From assembly GCA_965216565.1 (NCBI GenBank), contig OZ244170.1:4704001-4768000 (forward strand): 64,000 nucleotides of DNA, written 5' to 3'. Below, piece after piece: positions 49,718 to 60,880 of the stretch. How positions within the stretch are numbered: position 1 is the first letter of the stretch; every line of letters begins with the position of its first letter. Source of the DNA: Bythopirellula sp. (lineage in GTDB: Bacteria > Planctomycetota > Planctomycetia > Pirellulales > Lacipirellulaceae). Under the pieces are notes generated by a model. It was given only the letters and a program-made list of their open reading frames with translations. It did not search any database and had not been told where the DNA came from. The translations under genes and the position numbers were made by a program.

Positions 49718-50206
49718 TTAGACGAGCAATTCTTCGTCATCTTCGTGGTCGTCATCTTTCTCGCACTCGCCACAGTGGGCTAGCAACTCTTCTTCGTCGC
49801 CGTCGTCGTCCTTTTCGCACTCACCACAGTGGGCTAGCAACTCTTCTTCGTCGCCATCGTCGTCCTTCTCGCACTCACCACAGTGGGCTAGCAACTCTTC
49901 TTCGTCGCCGTCGTCGTCCTTTTCGCACTCACCACAATGGGCCAGAAGCTCTTCTTCGTCGCCATCGTCGTCTTTTTCGCACTCACCACAGTGGGCTAGC
50001 AACTCTTCTTCGTCGCCATCGTCGTCCTTCTCGCACTCACCGCAATGGGCTAGCAACTCTTCTTCGTCGCCATCGTCGTCCTTTTCGCACTCACCACAAT
50101 GAGCATAGGTGTCGAGGGTTTCGTCGCTGACGGACAGGTCGTTATTGCCAAATGCAAAAAGAGCTAGCAAAGACAAGCCAAAGATAGATGTGATCAATTT
50201 CTTCAT
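49718..50206 (-). CDS. Secreted tandem-repeat protein: 7 x (AHCGECEKDDDGDEEELL)
   Basis: Signal peptide MKKLITSIFGLSLLALFA; AGGGAG Shine-Dalgarno; upstream TATAAT; differences among the six full repeats are synonymous in this frame. Confidence 0.85.
   Translation of the reverse strand: MKKLITSIFGLSLLALFAFGNNDLSVSDETLDTYAHCGECEKDDDGDEEELLAHCGECEKDDDGDEEELLAHCGECEKDDDGDEEELLAHCGECEKDDDGDEEELLAHCGECEKDDDGDEEELLAHCGECEKDDDGDEEELLAHCGECEKDDDHEDDEELLV
49721..50104 (-). repeat. 54-bp coding tandem repeat, 6 full copies plus 1 variant copy
   Basis: Direct head-to-tail repeats without spacers. Confidence 0.95.
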
Positions 50207-50506
50207 CGAATTGGACTCCCTAATAATTGTTTACGAGAACCCTGTTCTCGAATGGTAGGCGAATGCACCAGTGGCTCTTGAACGTGGTTCTAGGTGACCT
50301 CGGTTCGCACGTCTAAGCCTAACGAATAGCTTGTATTATATCGACTCGACTGAGCCGCCAAGGTGAAAAGCAATACAGTTTTCCGAAAGAGTTTTGAGAA
50401 ATCTCGTTGAAATTCGGTCGGAACTCATCTCCCCTTCTGGCCTTGGGGTTCAAGTTGTAAGGCGAAACGTTCTAGACACTTGCCGAAAACGTCCATAAAA
50501 GGACCC

Positions 50507-51664
50507 TTAGCTCAGCTTTTCTCTCGCTGAACGTGCCAGTAGCAGTGCTTGCTCGGCGTTCTCTGCCAGCACCGTAAGGTGTCCCATTTTCCGGCCCGGT
50601 TTTGCTTCGGCTTTGCCGTAGAGATGCAGGTGCAGATTGGGCTGAGACAATATGTCGCCCCAGCGAGGCACCCCATCTTCCCAAAGGTCTCCCATGAGGT
50701 TCGCCATGGCAGCGGCGCGATGCAGTTCGGTGCTCCCCAGCGGCAGGCCGCAGATGGCTCGGACTTGCTGTTCAAACTGAGAAGTCACGCCGGCGTCGAT
50801 TGTCAGGTGGCCTGTGTTGTGGGTGCGGGGCGCGATTTCGTTCACCAACAATTGCCCTTCTTTGGTTAGAAAAAACTCAACCCCCAGCACTCCGATGGCT
50901 CCGAGTTCGGTGGCGATCAATCGCGCCATCTGCTCGGCCTCGTGGGCTGCTCTACCCAGTTCGGGGGCCGGGCAGTGGGAGATGTCGAGAACGTGGTTGA
51001 CGTGATCGTTGGCGATTGCCGGGTAGCAGGCAATCTCACCGACAGCGCTGCGTGCCACCATGACCGAGAGTTCTTGCTGGTATTCGACCCATCCCTCGTA
51101 GATGACCGGCTGACGCCCCAAGTCTTCCCAGCTCTTGATTGCATCGCCGTCTACCGTCAATTTGACTTGGCCCTTGCCATCGTATCCCCATGACGTGGTT
51201 TTTAAGACGGCTGGCAAGCCAATTTTTTTGATTGCCTCGGCGAGTTGTTCCTCGGAAGTGACTTCGGCGAAGGGTGTGCACGGAACATCAATGGACTGTA
51301 GAAATCGCTTCTCGCGAAGTCGATCTTGAGTGATGTGCAGCACCTGGCTGGAGGGATGCATCGCTGTATGCTGCGCTGCGGTATCGGTTGCCGCGGTGGG
51401 TACGTTTTCGAACTCCAGCGTCGCGACGTCAACTGATTTGGCGAACTTGGACACGGCGTCTAAGTCGTCGTACTCGCCGACCGTCTGCAGTGTCGCCACT
51501 TGCCCAGTGGGACTTTGTTCGTTGGGAGAATAAACATGGACCTTGTAGCCCATCGCAGTCGCCGCCATGGTAAACATGCGGCCAAGTTGTCCGCAACCGA
51601 ATACGCCGAGCGTGGCTCCCGGCTGGAGCACCTGCGATTTCCCAGATGATGCGGACGTGGCCAT
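50507..51664 (-). CDS. purK: 5-(carboxyamino)imidazole ribonucleotide synthase
   Basis: GCGQLGRM, TLEFENVP, GYDGKGQ, NEIAPRTHNTGH, SQFEQQVRA, YGK...RKMGH. Confidence 0.96.
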   Translation of the reverse strand: MATSASSGKSQVLQPGATLGVFGCGQLGRMFTMAATAMGYKVHVYSPNEQSPTGQVATLQTVGEYDDLDAVSKFAKSVDVATLEFENVPTAATDTAAQHTAMHPSSQVLHITQDRLREKRFLQSIDVPCTPFAEVTSEEQLAEAIKKIGLPAVLKTTSWGYDGKGQVKLTVDGDAIKSWEDLGRQPVIYEGWVEYQQELSVMVARSAVGEIACYPAIANDHVNHVLDISHCPAPELGRAAHEAEQMARLIATELGAIGVLGVEFFLTKEGQLLVNEIAPRTHNTGHLTIDAGVTSQFEQQVRAICGLPLGSTELHRAAAMANLMGDLWEDGVPRWGDILSQPNLHLHLYGKAEAKPGRKMGHLTVLAENAEQALLLARSAREKLS

Positions 51665-51682
51665 CGTGGCGAATCCTTGGGG

Positions 51683-52183
51683 CTAATCCTTAGGAAGTGT
51701 GTCCTGACGCACCTGTTCAGTGAGCCGCAGGTGATACGCGTGGAGTTTCTCGCGGAGTTCGGGCCGATTGTTGGCGAGAATTCTCACGGCCAGCAGCCCC
51801 GCGTTCTTGGCCCCGGCAGTCCCAATGGCAAGTGTTCCCACGGGAACTCCCCCCGGCATTTGGGCGATCGACAACAGCGAATCCATGCCCTTGAGCGCCC
51901 GGCTCTCCACCGGCACACCCAAAACGGGCAGCACCGTTAGCGATGCTACCATCCCCGGCAAATGGGCGGCCCCGCCGGCACCGGCCACAATGACCTGCAG
52001 GCCTCGCGATTCCGCTTCCTGAGCGTACTCGTTCATCCAGAGCGGTGTACGATGGGCGGAAACGATTTCGCACTCATGGGCAACGCCAAACTCCTCCAAC
52101 ACCTCGGCCGCAGCCCGCATGGTTTCCCAATCGCTCTTGCTGCCCATGATGACGCCCACCAGCGGTTCGGTTTTGTCGGGCAT
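51683..52183 (-). CDS. purE: 5-(carboxyamino)imidazole ribonucleotide mutase
   Basis: [36 protein letters not shown]; start at MPDK (52183). Confidence 0.96.
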   Translation of the reverse strand: MPDKTEPLVGVIMGSKSDWETMRAAAEVLEEFGVAHECEIVSAHRTPLWMNEYAQEAESRGLQVIVAGAGGAAHLPGMVASLTVLPVLGVPVESRALKGMDSLLSIAQMPGGVPVGTLAIGTAGAKNAGLLAVRILANNRPELREKLHAYHLRLTEQVRQDTLPKD

Positions 52184-52398
52184 GATCGCGTCTGAAAACA
52201 GTTGGGCCTGGAGAGGGGAGGAAGACAATCACAATTCGTGCAAATCATCTTGAAACGTTCGCGGCAGATTGTCAACTCGCCGCTACTCCCGCCTGCGGTT
52301 TCGCTGGCTTACCTCTCGCCAAGGCGCTAAGCCGCGGCGCACCACTGGGGCTACTAGAACAACCTCATGTAGTCTGCACACGGAAGAGTTCGCAGTCG

Positions 52399-53607
52399 TC
52401 AGCCTCGCTCGCGGATGGTTGTGCCGTCGGCGATGTCGTCGCCGGGGTGGACGATGACTTGATCGCCGGGCTCTAAGCCCCTCAGGACTTCCGCCGCTAA
52501 GCCGTTCTGCAGGCCGAGCTCGACTTCCCGCAGGCTGGCCGCCCCGTCTTTGGCAACGAACACGGCCCACTGGTCGCCAATTCGGAACAGAGCGCTGGTC
52601 GGTACCTTCAGCACGTCCGCGGCTTCCTCCACTATGATGCGGGCCTCGACGCGGAATCCATCGCCCAAGCTTCGTCGGTCTTGTGGGGGGTCGAGCAGGT
52701 CGACGATCACGTTCACGCGCTGCTCTTCCACACCCAGGGTAGAAATCTTAGTGAAGGCAGAGGGCTCGACGAGTCGTACCCTGCCCTCCAGAACTCTTGT
52801 GCCACCCCAATGTTCCAGCAGCACACGTGCACCGGCGGGGATCTTCACCGCGTCGCGCGAGAGGACGTCGATCTCCACCTCCAAATCGTGCGGGTCGCCA
52901 AGTTCCAGGAGTGCGGTGCCGGCGTTCACCACCGCGCTACTCTCCTGAAACACTCGCAACACGAGTCCATCGATGGGGGAGCGAATCGTGAAATTCCAAC
53001 CTCCGCCAGGCGAAGGCTGGGCTCGGTCTTGTGGACGCGAACGGATGAGGGCTGCCCGTGCTTGCTCCAGTTCGAAGCGAGCGATCTCTTCGTTGTGCCT
53101 GGCGGCGCGCAACATCGCCTTGCGGCTACGCAGCGCGAGAAGTTTGGCCTCCACCTCGCTTTGACTAATCGCTTGAGCCGCGTCTTGGGCTCGTTGCAAT
53201 TCTGTTTGGGCATACTCCATGTTTGCCTGAGCTTCTTCCAGCATCGGCACCATTTTTTCCAAGGCAGCTTCCGCGGCATTGACTCGCGCCTCGGCTTGAG
53301 CGATCGAGCGAGAGTCGAGCAACTCGGGATCGCGCGGCTCTACGGTGGCCAGTAGTGTTTCGCTGCTGGTCACTTCATCGCCAGGGTCGAGATCGATCCG
53401 TAAAAGTCGACCTGCTAGGGGTGTGGAGACTATATATCGCTCGCGAATTCGGGTCTTGCCATCCTGATCGACGGTCACTCGAATCGTGCCGTTCTCGATC
53501 TGCGCTAAATCGACCTCTTTCGGTTCCGGGACAAAGCCATACCCAACCGCGGCAACAATGGCCACGGCTACGAGCAGGAGCGATAGTTTGCGGAAAGTTG
53601 ATTTCAT
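52399..53607 (-). CDS. Efflux periplasmic adaptor (HlyD/MacA family)
   Basis: N-terminal TM, STPLAGRL lipoyl half, coiled coil, SPIDGLVL, KISTLGVEEQRV. Confidence 0.9.
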   Translation of the reverse strand: MKSTFRKLSLLLVAVAIVAAVGYGFVPEPKEVDLAQIENGTIRVTVDQDGKTRIRERYIVSTPLAGRLLRIDLDPGDEVTSSETLLATVEPRDPELLDSRSIAQAEARVNAAEAALEKMVPMLEEAQANMEYAQTELQRAQDAAQAISQSEVEAKLLALRSRKAMLRAARHNEEIARFELEQARAALIRSRPQDRAQPSPGGGWNFTIRSPIDGLVLRVFQESSAVVNAGTALLELGDPHDLEVEIDVLSRDAVKIPAGARVLLEHWGGTRVLEGRVRLVEPSAFTKISTLGVEEQRVNVIVDLLDPPQDRRSLGDGFRVEARIIVEEAADVLKVPTSALFRIGDQWAVFVAKDGAASLREVELGLQNGLAAEVLRGLEPGDQVIVHPGDDIADGTTIRERG

Positions 53608-53659
53608 AGTGGGATGCTTAGTTATGTTGCTTTCTTACAGCTAATCTCACATGGTAAAG

Positions 53660-53700
53660 CCCCCTCCCCTAGCCCCTCCCCCGAAAACGGGAGAGGGGGA
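53660..53700. repeat. BoxC-like palindromic repeat
   Basis: CCCCCTCCCCTAGCCCCTCCCCCGAAAACGGGAGAGGGGGA between the permease and adaptor genes. Confidence 0.6.
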
Positions 53701-53717
53701 TTGGAATGAGCTCTTGG

Positions 53718-56081
53718 CTATTCTCTTGCCTTCAATACAGCAATCAAGTCGAGATGGTCGAGTTTGTTGCGCACCAGCAGCCCCGAGACGACCGAGGCCG
53801 CCATCACCACAGAGGCAGCTAGTGCATAGGTAGTTCGCTCGATCACCAGCGGAAATCGGAACAATTCCAGGTCCAGCGTGCTCACTACGAGCGAGGCCAG
53901 TTGATAACCCATCCACAGACCCAGGGGAATGGCAATCAAGGTGACGATGGCCAGCTCGCCCAGCAAGATGGCGGAAATCTCACCCCGAGTGAACCCTATC
54001 ACTCGCAACGTCGCCAGCTCGCGGCTGCGCTCCGAAAGCGAGATGCGGGCACTGTTGTAAACCACACCAATCGCAATCACGCAGGCAAATATCAGATTGA
54101 TCGACCGCATCAACATCATGTTTTCGCCGATGGTTTTTTCAAAGCTATCGATTGCATGCTGTTTGACCGTGACGCCCGCGACGTTGGGAACTTGTTTGAG
54201 CTGACGAAACAAGGTGTCTTCCACGCGCGAATCGACAACCATATGTGCGCCGTTTACCAGCGGTCCTTCGCGCATCATGTTGCTAAGGGCATCGATGCTC
54301 ATGTAGGCGCTGACACCGGCGAAGTCTTGGAGTTGCCCGGCGACCACCACTTCCCGCACGGGTCGTTTTCCCTCCAGCACTTCTACCTGAATATGGTCGC
54401 CAATTTTTACCCCTAAGATATCTCCTAACTTCCGAGAGATTAGCAGTCCGTCGGTGGGGAGTGCGATTTCCTTGCCGTCAATATTCACCAGTCCGTAGAG
54501 CTTGCTGTCGAGCGGGATTCCCTGGATGCCAACACGACGTTCGCGAGGGCCGACACGGAACCGCGTGGAGACCGACCGCGTCGGTTCCGCATAAATCACC
54601 CCCGGCATGCTGCTCACTTCGTGAATAGCGCGACTGGAGACTGGCTCGTTTGTCACGATGGACATGTCGTACCGCTGCACTAACCGAAACTGGGCGTGGA
54701 TGACGTAGTCGACCGAATCTTCCATGAAGTTGCCCAACACAATGATGGCAACCGCCATGGCAATGGCCGTTACGGAGAGCCCCGTTTTGATCGGGTGACG
54801 TTCCAGTTGGCGAATAATCATGCGTCCCACGGGCGGGACAAGATGGCCGAGCCGAATCCGCTCCAAGAGCGTCGGGCCATAGGTGGTGGGAGGCTCGGCC
54901 CGCATCGCTTCGGCGGGTGGGAGGCGAACGGCTCGAATAATGGCGCTCGCAGTGCCCAGCGTGGCCGCAACTATGCTAACAAGGGTGGCCGTCAGTGCCA
55001 CATCGTAAGTCAATTGATAGGTGAATGAAGGGAAGTGAAACAGCTTGGCATACATACCTGTAACGCCCTGCCCTAGCCATGCCCCCAGTGGCAATCCAAT
55101 TGCCAGGCCGAACCCGACGATCAGCAGCACTAGCTTCAGATAGTGCCAACCGACTTCCCAATTGGAATAGCCAAAAGCCTTTAGCGCAGCAATTTGCTCG
55201 CGTTGCAGATTGATGATCCGAGTGAGAACCACATTCAACAGAAACGCAGCGACACCCAGAAACACCGAAGGCATGATCAGCCCTAGTTGCCGATTCTGCT
55301 CAATTTCGTTATCCACAAACATGTGCGATGGTTGATCCTTGCGCGTGAACGAACCAAGTCCGCCGTACGGTTCAATCAACTCATCTAGCCGCGCCAGCAC
55401 TTCATCTGCCAACGCGCCACGCAATAGCGATAAGGTGACATCGTTAAAGGCACCTTCCAGATTGTAGGCCACGGACAATGCCTCGTGGTTCATCCAAAAA
55501 ACGCCAAAATGCTTGTTGTCGGGGAGTAGGTCGCCGGGTTTGATTTCGTAGATGTACTCTGGAGAGAGGGCGATGCCGACGATGCGCAATCGCTTTTGTC
55601 GGCCATTGATCACGGCGAGAATGTCGTCTCCTACGTGAAGATCATTGGCCAGGGTGAACGCCTCGCTGGCCAGCACTTCGTCGTCGCGACGCGGCTTGAG
55701 CCAGCGGCCTTTGCGCAAATAGAGTTGGTTGAGTACGGGCTTGCGGGTGTCGGGTAGCGAAACCAGCCGCCCTGTTGCTGGTTCGGAGACTCCGGGAACA
55801 GTCAGATTGACGTTGACGACGATGCGGGTTTCCAGCCGGCCCACGCCGGGGATTTCTGCAATCCGATCGGCGAGAACATCGGGAGCACGCTTGAGCGAGG
55901 CAAACACGTCGGCAAATAGATAACGCTGGTAGTACGTGTCCTGGGTGAGTTCCAGCGAGAACAGCATACTCCGCGACAGGGTGAACAGCGCGATGCCACA
56001 GGCAATCACCATGGCAATCGCCACTGCCTGTCCCTTCATGTTCCAAAGATCGCGAAACGTTTTTCGATTGAGCGCTGTCAT
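53718..56081 (-). CDS. ABC transporter permease (duplicated MacB/FtsX domains)
   Basis: QREQIAALKAFG and ERSRELATLRVIGF FtsX motifs; 787 aa. Confidence 0.9.
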   Translation of the reverse strand: MTALNRKTFRDLWNMKGQAVAIAMVIACGIALFTLSRSMLFSLELTQDTYYQRYLFADVFASLKRAPDVLADRIAEIPGVGRLETRIVVNVNLTVPGVSEPATGRLVSLPDTRKPVLNQLYLRKGRWLKPRRDDEVLASEAFTLANDLHVGDDILAVINGRQKRLRIVGIALSPEYIYEIKPGDLLPDNKHFGVFWMNHEALSVAYNLEGAFNDVTLSLLRGALADEVLARLDELIEPYGGLGSFTRKDQPSHMFVDNEIEQNRQLGLIMPSVFLGVAAFLLNVVLTRIINLQREQIAALKAFGYSNWEVGWHYLKLVLLIVGFGLAIGLPLGAWLGQGVTGMYAKLFHFPSFTYQLTYDVALTATLVSIVAATLGTASAIIRAVRLPPAEAMRAEPPTTYGPTLLERIRLGHLVPPVGRMIIRQLERHPIKTGLSVTAIAMAVAIIVLGNFMEDSVDYVIHAQFRLVQRYDMSIVTNEPVSSRAIHEVSSMPGVIYAEPTRSVSTRFRVGPRERRVGIQGIPLDSKLYGLVNIDGKEIALPTDGLLISRKLGDILGVKIGDHIQVEVLEGKRPVREVVVAGQLQDFAGVSAYMSIDALSNMMREGPLVNGAHMVVDSRVEDTLFRQLKQVPNVAGVTVKQHAIDSFEKTIGENMMLMRSINLIFACVIAIGVVYNSARISLSERSRELATLRVIGFTRGEISAILLGELAIVTLIAIPLGLWMGYQLASLVVSTLDLELFRFPLVIERTTYALAASVVMAASVVSGLLVRNKLDHLDLIAVLKARE

Positions 56082-56087
56082 GGTTGG

Positions 56088-56807
56088 CTACCAGGTGAGC
56101 TCGTGCGCTTCGCGGCGTGTTGCATTTTGCTCGACTCCGGTTATGAGTCCCCCGGAAAGATGAATCACTCGGTCTGCCATTTCTGCGATTACTGCATTGT
56201 GGGTGATCACTGCGGTGGTCGTCCCTAGTTCTTGATTGATTCGCTGGATCGCCTCGAGCACCAACACGCCGGTCTTCACGTCAAGGGCACCGGTCGGTTC
56301 GTCGCAGAGCAAGACGTCTGGCTTCTTGGCAACCGCGCGTGCAATGGCCACGCGTTGCTGCTCACCCCCTGACATTTGCGCCGGGAAATGATCTTTTCGG
56401 TCTCCCAGGTCCACAAGTTCCAACGCCTCCAAAGGCGTCATCGGATTGGCCGCAATCTCCGTGATTAGTGCGACGTTTTCCAGCGCTGTGAGGCTTGGAA
56501 TCAAATTGTAGAACTGAAACACGAAGCCGACGTGGTCGCGGCGATAGCTGGTCAGCCCCGCATCGTCGAAGTTGGTGAGCTCCTTATCCCGGTAATGAAC
56601 AGAGCCCGCCGACGGCACATCGAGCCCGCCCAGGATGTTCAGCAGAGTACTTTTGCCACTCCCCGAAGGGCCCAGCAAGACGACAAACTCACCCGAATGC
56701 AGATCGAGGTCTACTCCGCGCAAGGCTTGCACGTCCACCTCGCCCATATGGTAGACCTTGGTGATTTCTCGGGCAGCAAATACTGATTGTGCTTGCGTTG
56801 TTTCCAC
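56088..56807 (-). CDS. ABC transporter ATP-binding protein (LolD/MacB type)
   Basis: [31 protein letters not shown]. Confidence 0.94.
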   Translation of the reverse strand: METTQAQSVFAAREITKVYHMGEVDVQALRGVDLDLHSGEFVVLLGPSGSGKSTLLNILGGLDVPSAGSVHYRDKELTNFDDAGLTSYRRDHVGFVFQFYNLIPSLTALENVALITEIAANPMTPLEALELVDLGDRKDHFPAQMSGGEQQRVAIARAVAKKPDVLLCDEPTGALDVKTGVLVLEAIQRINQELGTTTAVITHNAVIAEMADRVIHLSGGLITGVEQNATRREAHELTW

Positions 56808-56853
56808 AGGATCTAAACCGCAAGAGGGGAGGTGGGATCACTCTGGAGTCGAG

Positions 56854-57915
56854 CTATTGGGCTTCGCTCTTTGCTTCGGCCATATCGGCTTCGACCATCA
56901 TCTTAGCAAGCTCAACAAGCCCCACCCTGGGTTTCCAGCCGAGTTTGGACTGGGCTTTGGAAGAATCGCCCAAGAGCAAATCAACCTCGGCGGGTCGGTA
57001 ATAGTTAGGATCGACGGCGACGATCGTCCGTCCTTCGGCATCTTTACCAACTTCAGATTCGCCGATGCCTTCCCACTGGAGCGGCAAACCTACTTCTGCA
57101 AAGCAGAGCTCGCAAAACTCCCGGACCGAATTGGTTTCGCCGGTGGCAATAACATAGTCTTCAGGTACGTCCTGTTGCAGCATGAGCCACATGGCTTCGA
57201 CATAGTCGCCAGCGAATCCCCAGTCCCGCTTGGCATCGAGGTTGCCTAAAAAGAGACAGTCCTGATTGCCCAGCTTGATGCGAGCAGCTGCCCGGCTAAT
57301 TTTACGAGTGACGAATGTTTCGCCACGGCGGGGAGACTCATGGTTGAACAGAATCCCATTCACGGCAAACATGCCGTACGACTCGCGATAGTTTCGAGTG
57401 ATATGAAACGCGTACGCCTTGGCTGCCGCGTAGGGGCTGCGCGGATAAAAGGGTGTCGTTTCGGTTTGCGGAGTTTCCACCACCTTGCCGTAGAGTTCGG
57501 AAGACGAGGCTTGATAGAACTTGGCGTCGAGCCCCGATTCGCGAATCGCTTCTAACATTCGAACCGTCCCCAGGCCGGTGACGTCCCCCGTGTATTCTGG
57601 GATTTCGAAGGAGACTTTCACATGCGACTGTGCGCCTAAGTTGTAGATTTCGTCGGGTCGTATCGTGCGGATGATATGGTTGATGCTGGAGGCATCATTG
57701 AGATCGCCATAACAGAGTCGCATACGGATATCAGTTTCGTGAGGATCCTGATAGATGTGGTCGATGCGACCGGTATTGAAAGACGAACTGCGGCGAATGA
57801 TGCCCCAAACCTGATAGCCTTTGCTCAGTAACAGTTCGGCCAGGTATGAGCCGTCTTGTCCCGTAATGCCGGTGATCAGCGCGCGTTTGCCAGCTGGAGT
57901 TAGGTTTTTGCTCAT
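56854..57915 (-). CDS. gmd: GDP-mannose 4,6-dehydratase
   Basis: [50 protein letters not shown]. Confidence 0.97.
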   Translation of the reverse strand: MSKNLTPAGKRALITGITGQDGSYLAELLLSKGYQVWGIIRRSSSFNTGRIDHIYQDPHETDIRMRLCYGDLNDASSINHIIRTIRPDEIYNLGAQSHVKVSFEIPEYTGDVTGLGTVRMLEAIRESGLDAKFYQASSSELYGKVVETPQTETTPFYPRSPYAAAKAYAFHITRNYRESYGMFAVNGILFNHESPRRGETFVTRKISRAAARIKLGNQDCLFLGNLDAKRDWGFAGDYVEAMWLMLQQDVPEDYVIATGETNSVREFCELCFAEVGLPLQWEGIGESEVGKDAEGRTIVAVDPNYYRPAEVDLLLGDSSKAQSKLGWKPRVGLVELAKMMVEADMAEAKSEAQ

Positions 57916-58024
57916 CGAATAAATGTTTTCCAAAAAGGCGAGGCGTTGTCTGGGGCGGTCGTTGACTCACTAGAGTAAGAGCGAACCCTTCCGGCATATC
58001 CGGCAGGTGGGCTTGCCGTCAAGA

Positions 58025-58972
58025 TTAATCCTTGGGCGGATGTTCAAGAAACCATTCGTAAGTGGTTCGAATCCCCTCGGCCAGTTCAATCTTATGTTTC
58101 CAGCCCAGGGCATGAAGTCGGCTTACATCCAACAGTTTTCGAGGTGTGCCGTCTGGCCTGCTGGTATCGTAGACGAGCTTGGCTTCTGGAAATACGGTCT
58201 CGCGCACTAGCTCGGCAAGCTCGGAAATAGCGATATCCTCGCCGCTACCCACATTGATGGTTTCAGCGTCGTCGTAGTTCTCAATGAGAAACAGGCAGGC
58301 TGCCGCTAGATCGTCGACGTGCAAGAATTCCCGGCGAGGCGATCCGCTACCCCAAATTTCAACTTCGTCCCGGTTGGCTAGTTTGGCTTCGTGGAATTTT
58401 CGAATCAACGCGGGTACCACATGCGAGCTAGCAAGACCAAAATTGTCCCTCGGTCCGTAGAGATTCGTGGGCATGGCCGAAATAAAATTACAGTCATATT
58501 GGCGACGATAATACTCGCAAGATTTGAGCCCCGTAATCTTCGCTAAGGCGTAGGCTTCGTTAGTTTTTTCCAGAGGACCTGTCAATAAATAGTCTTCCTG
58601 GATGGGTTGAGGGCAATCTCTTGGATAAATGCAGGAACTTCCTAGGTAGAGAAGCTTCTTAACTTTATGCTGGCAAGCGCTTCGTAGGACCGTTGCATGG
58701 ATCAACAAGTTCTCGTACATGAAGTCCGCTGGATAAGTAATGTTGGCATTGATGCCTCCCACCTTGCCTGCGACGTGAATTACGTATTCAGGTTGGTGCT
58801 CTGCGAACCATTGATCGACGGCAAGCGGATCGCATAGGTCGAGTTCAGACCGGGTTGCTCGCAAGAGGTTGGTGAAGCCCCGGTTCTCCAGAGAGCGAGT
58901 GATGGCCGAGCCAACTAGACCTCGGTGTCCGGTGACAAAGACTTTGGCATCGCGTGAAATGGAATTGGTCAT
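58025..58972 (-). CDS. fcl: GDP-L-fucose synthase
   Basis: [48 protein letters not shown]. Confidence 0.96.
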   Translation of the reverse strand: MTNSISRDAKVFVTGHRGLVGSAITRSLENRGFTNLLRATRSELDLCDPLAVDQWFAEHQPEYVIHVAGKVGGINANITYPADFMYENLLIHATVLRSACQHKVKKLLYLGSSCIYPRDCPQPIQEDYLLTGPLEKTNEAYALAKITGLKSCEYYRRQYDCNFISAMPTNLYGPRDNFGLASSHVVPALIRKFHEAKLANRDEVEIWGSGSPRREFLHVDDLAAACLFLIENYDDAETINVGSGEDIAISELAELVRETVFPEAKLVYDTSRPDGTPRKLLDVSRLHALGWKHKIELAEGIRTTYEWFLEHPPKD

Positions 58973-59165
58973 AAGGGTTTTGAGAGTAGTTGACGTTGAT
59001 GACGCTACGAATAAGTGGTTGGAAGCTTATCTCAAGTTGTTTTTCGACCTGCAACAGGATAAAACTTCTACTAAGTGTCTGCCTAAGTTGGCATCGATAG
59101 CAGCGGTTGCTGAGCTAGATTCTCGGCAGTTGCAAGAGTCATGTTTTGCGAAAGAATCTTGTTTA

Positions 59166-60880
59166 TGGTGATACGCCGTTATCGATATATTTTGATTGTT
59201 GCCGTCGTACTTGGTTTGGCAGTGCAGGGGGGAAACTCGTCTGTATGTGTTGCGGGAGGCGGGCCAGAGAACGTGTTTCTGCTGGTGAATTCGTCCAGTA
59301 TAGACTCGATGACGGTAGCCAACCACTATATCGATCTGCGAAAGCTTCCCCCTCAGAATGTCTTCTACTTAGACTGGCGAAGGTCCAAGGGGGATACCCA
59401 AGGCAGCGTGTTTCGCGAGGAGATTCTGCAGCCTGCCCTCGAGGAGATCAATAAACGGAAGCTAGGCGGGCAGATTGACTACCTTGTCTATTCTTGCGAT
59501 TTTCCCTGGCGAATCAATTTTCAAAGAGATTTCCCCAACGAGAAGTTTGGCCGCGGAATGCGGCCACTGGCCTCCACAACCGGTGCGACGTTTCTGTGGC
59601 CCTTTACGATGGGCAAGCGAAAGGAAATGTTTGGCCTAAATACCAATTTCTATTTCTCGGCCCGTCGCGCGGGGATGACGTTCACGCGGGGGTTCAAATC
59701 TAGCTACTTCTGGAATGCCGAGGGACGCCGCACAACCAAGGATAAGGGAGTGCCCTATCTGTTGTCGACCATGTTGGGAGTGACGTACGGTAGGGGCAAC
59801 ACGGTCGACGAAATTATCAGGTATCTAGAAAGAGCAGCCCAGGCGGATGGCACAAAGCCAAAGGGGACTATTTATTATGTGAAGAACGATTCCCCTCGGT
59901 CGACGCCGCGGCACGATGATTTCCCGCAAGCGGTGGCTGACTTGAAAATGTTGGGAGTCCACGCCGAGATTGAGCAGGGAAGATTCCTCAGGAATAAAAC
60001 GCAAGTCATGGGAGTTACCTGCGGCGGACCTGTTTTGAAGATTGCAGCCTCTGGAACTCGTTTCTTACCTGGTGCCCTGGGCGACAACCTCACTAGTGCC
60101 GGCGGCAACTTGGTGATTCGCAAAACCAAAGGTCCCGACCAAACACCCATTAGCGAATTCCTGCGATTCGGTTGCGCGGGTGCCTGTGGCACGGTTGCCG
60201 AACCGCTTAACTTCCCACAGAAGTTCCCCTCCGCGTTTTTGCATGTTCACTATGCTCGAGGGAGTTCCCTGGCCGAAGCATTTTATCAATCGATTGCGGG
60301 TCCCTTTCAGCAACTCATCATCGGCGATCCGATTTGCCAACCCTGGGCTAATATCTCTGAAGTGTCACTCGAAGATATCACCGAGGGACAACGCGTCTCG
60401 GATACTCTCAAGATCAAGCCATCCCTGAGAAAGGGGAAGGCCAAATTCTTCGAGTTCTTCGTCGATGGTCGACGTATTGGGCGTCGCCCACCAGGCGAAG
60501 AATTTTCGATTGATACGAAAACATTGCCGGACGGTTACCACGAATTGAGAGTCGTGGCGACGGACAATACACCCTTTGAAACTGTGAGCCGTTGGGTCGG
60601 CGAAATCGTTGTGAAGAACGGCATGGATGCACTCCAGTTGTCCACCGATGTGGCATCAGTGGATTCGTCGCTGAAGGCACTCAACCTGACAGTGGCATCA
60701 TCGGCCGAAGGGAGTGTGGCGATACTGCATAATGGACGCAAGCTAGCCTCGGTGAATCGGGGTAATGGCAGCGCGCTAATTCCAATCGATAAACTCGGCA
60801 AGGGGCCGGTATCCCTCATCGCTGTTACAGAAGGTGAGAAGCGACTGCAGTCGCGGCCTCTACGCGTAGATATCCCTTAG
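59166..60880 (+). CDS. TIGR03790-like secreted protein
   Basis: Signal peptide; PENVFLLVN...SMTVANHY...R, PGALGDNLTS, GACGTVAEP, SLAEAFY, IIGDP motifs; C-terminal Ig-like DGYHELRVVA; start uncertain. Confidence 0.72.

Noticed and set aside
49721..50104. 54-bp repeat array as a CRISPR array
   Set aside because: Units are head-to-tail with no unique spacers, stay in frame, vary synonymously, and no cas genes are present
49687..50130. Arg-rich + strand ORF (147 aa)
   Set aside because: Antisense shadow of the repeat gene; the repeat differences are non-synonymous in this frame and there is no SD or signal peptide
49718..50206. Multiheme cytochrome c call for the repeat protein
   Set aside because: The motif is HCxxC followed by E, not CxxCH
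52289..52339. Possible further REP doublet upstream of purE
   Set aside because: The arms pair only loosely and I saw no second copy in the window
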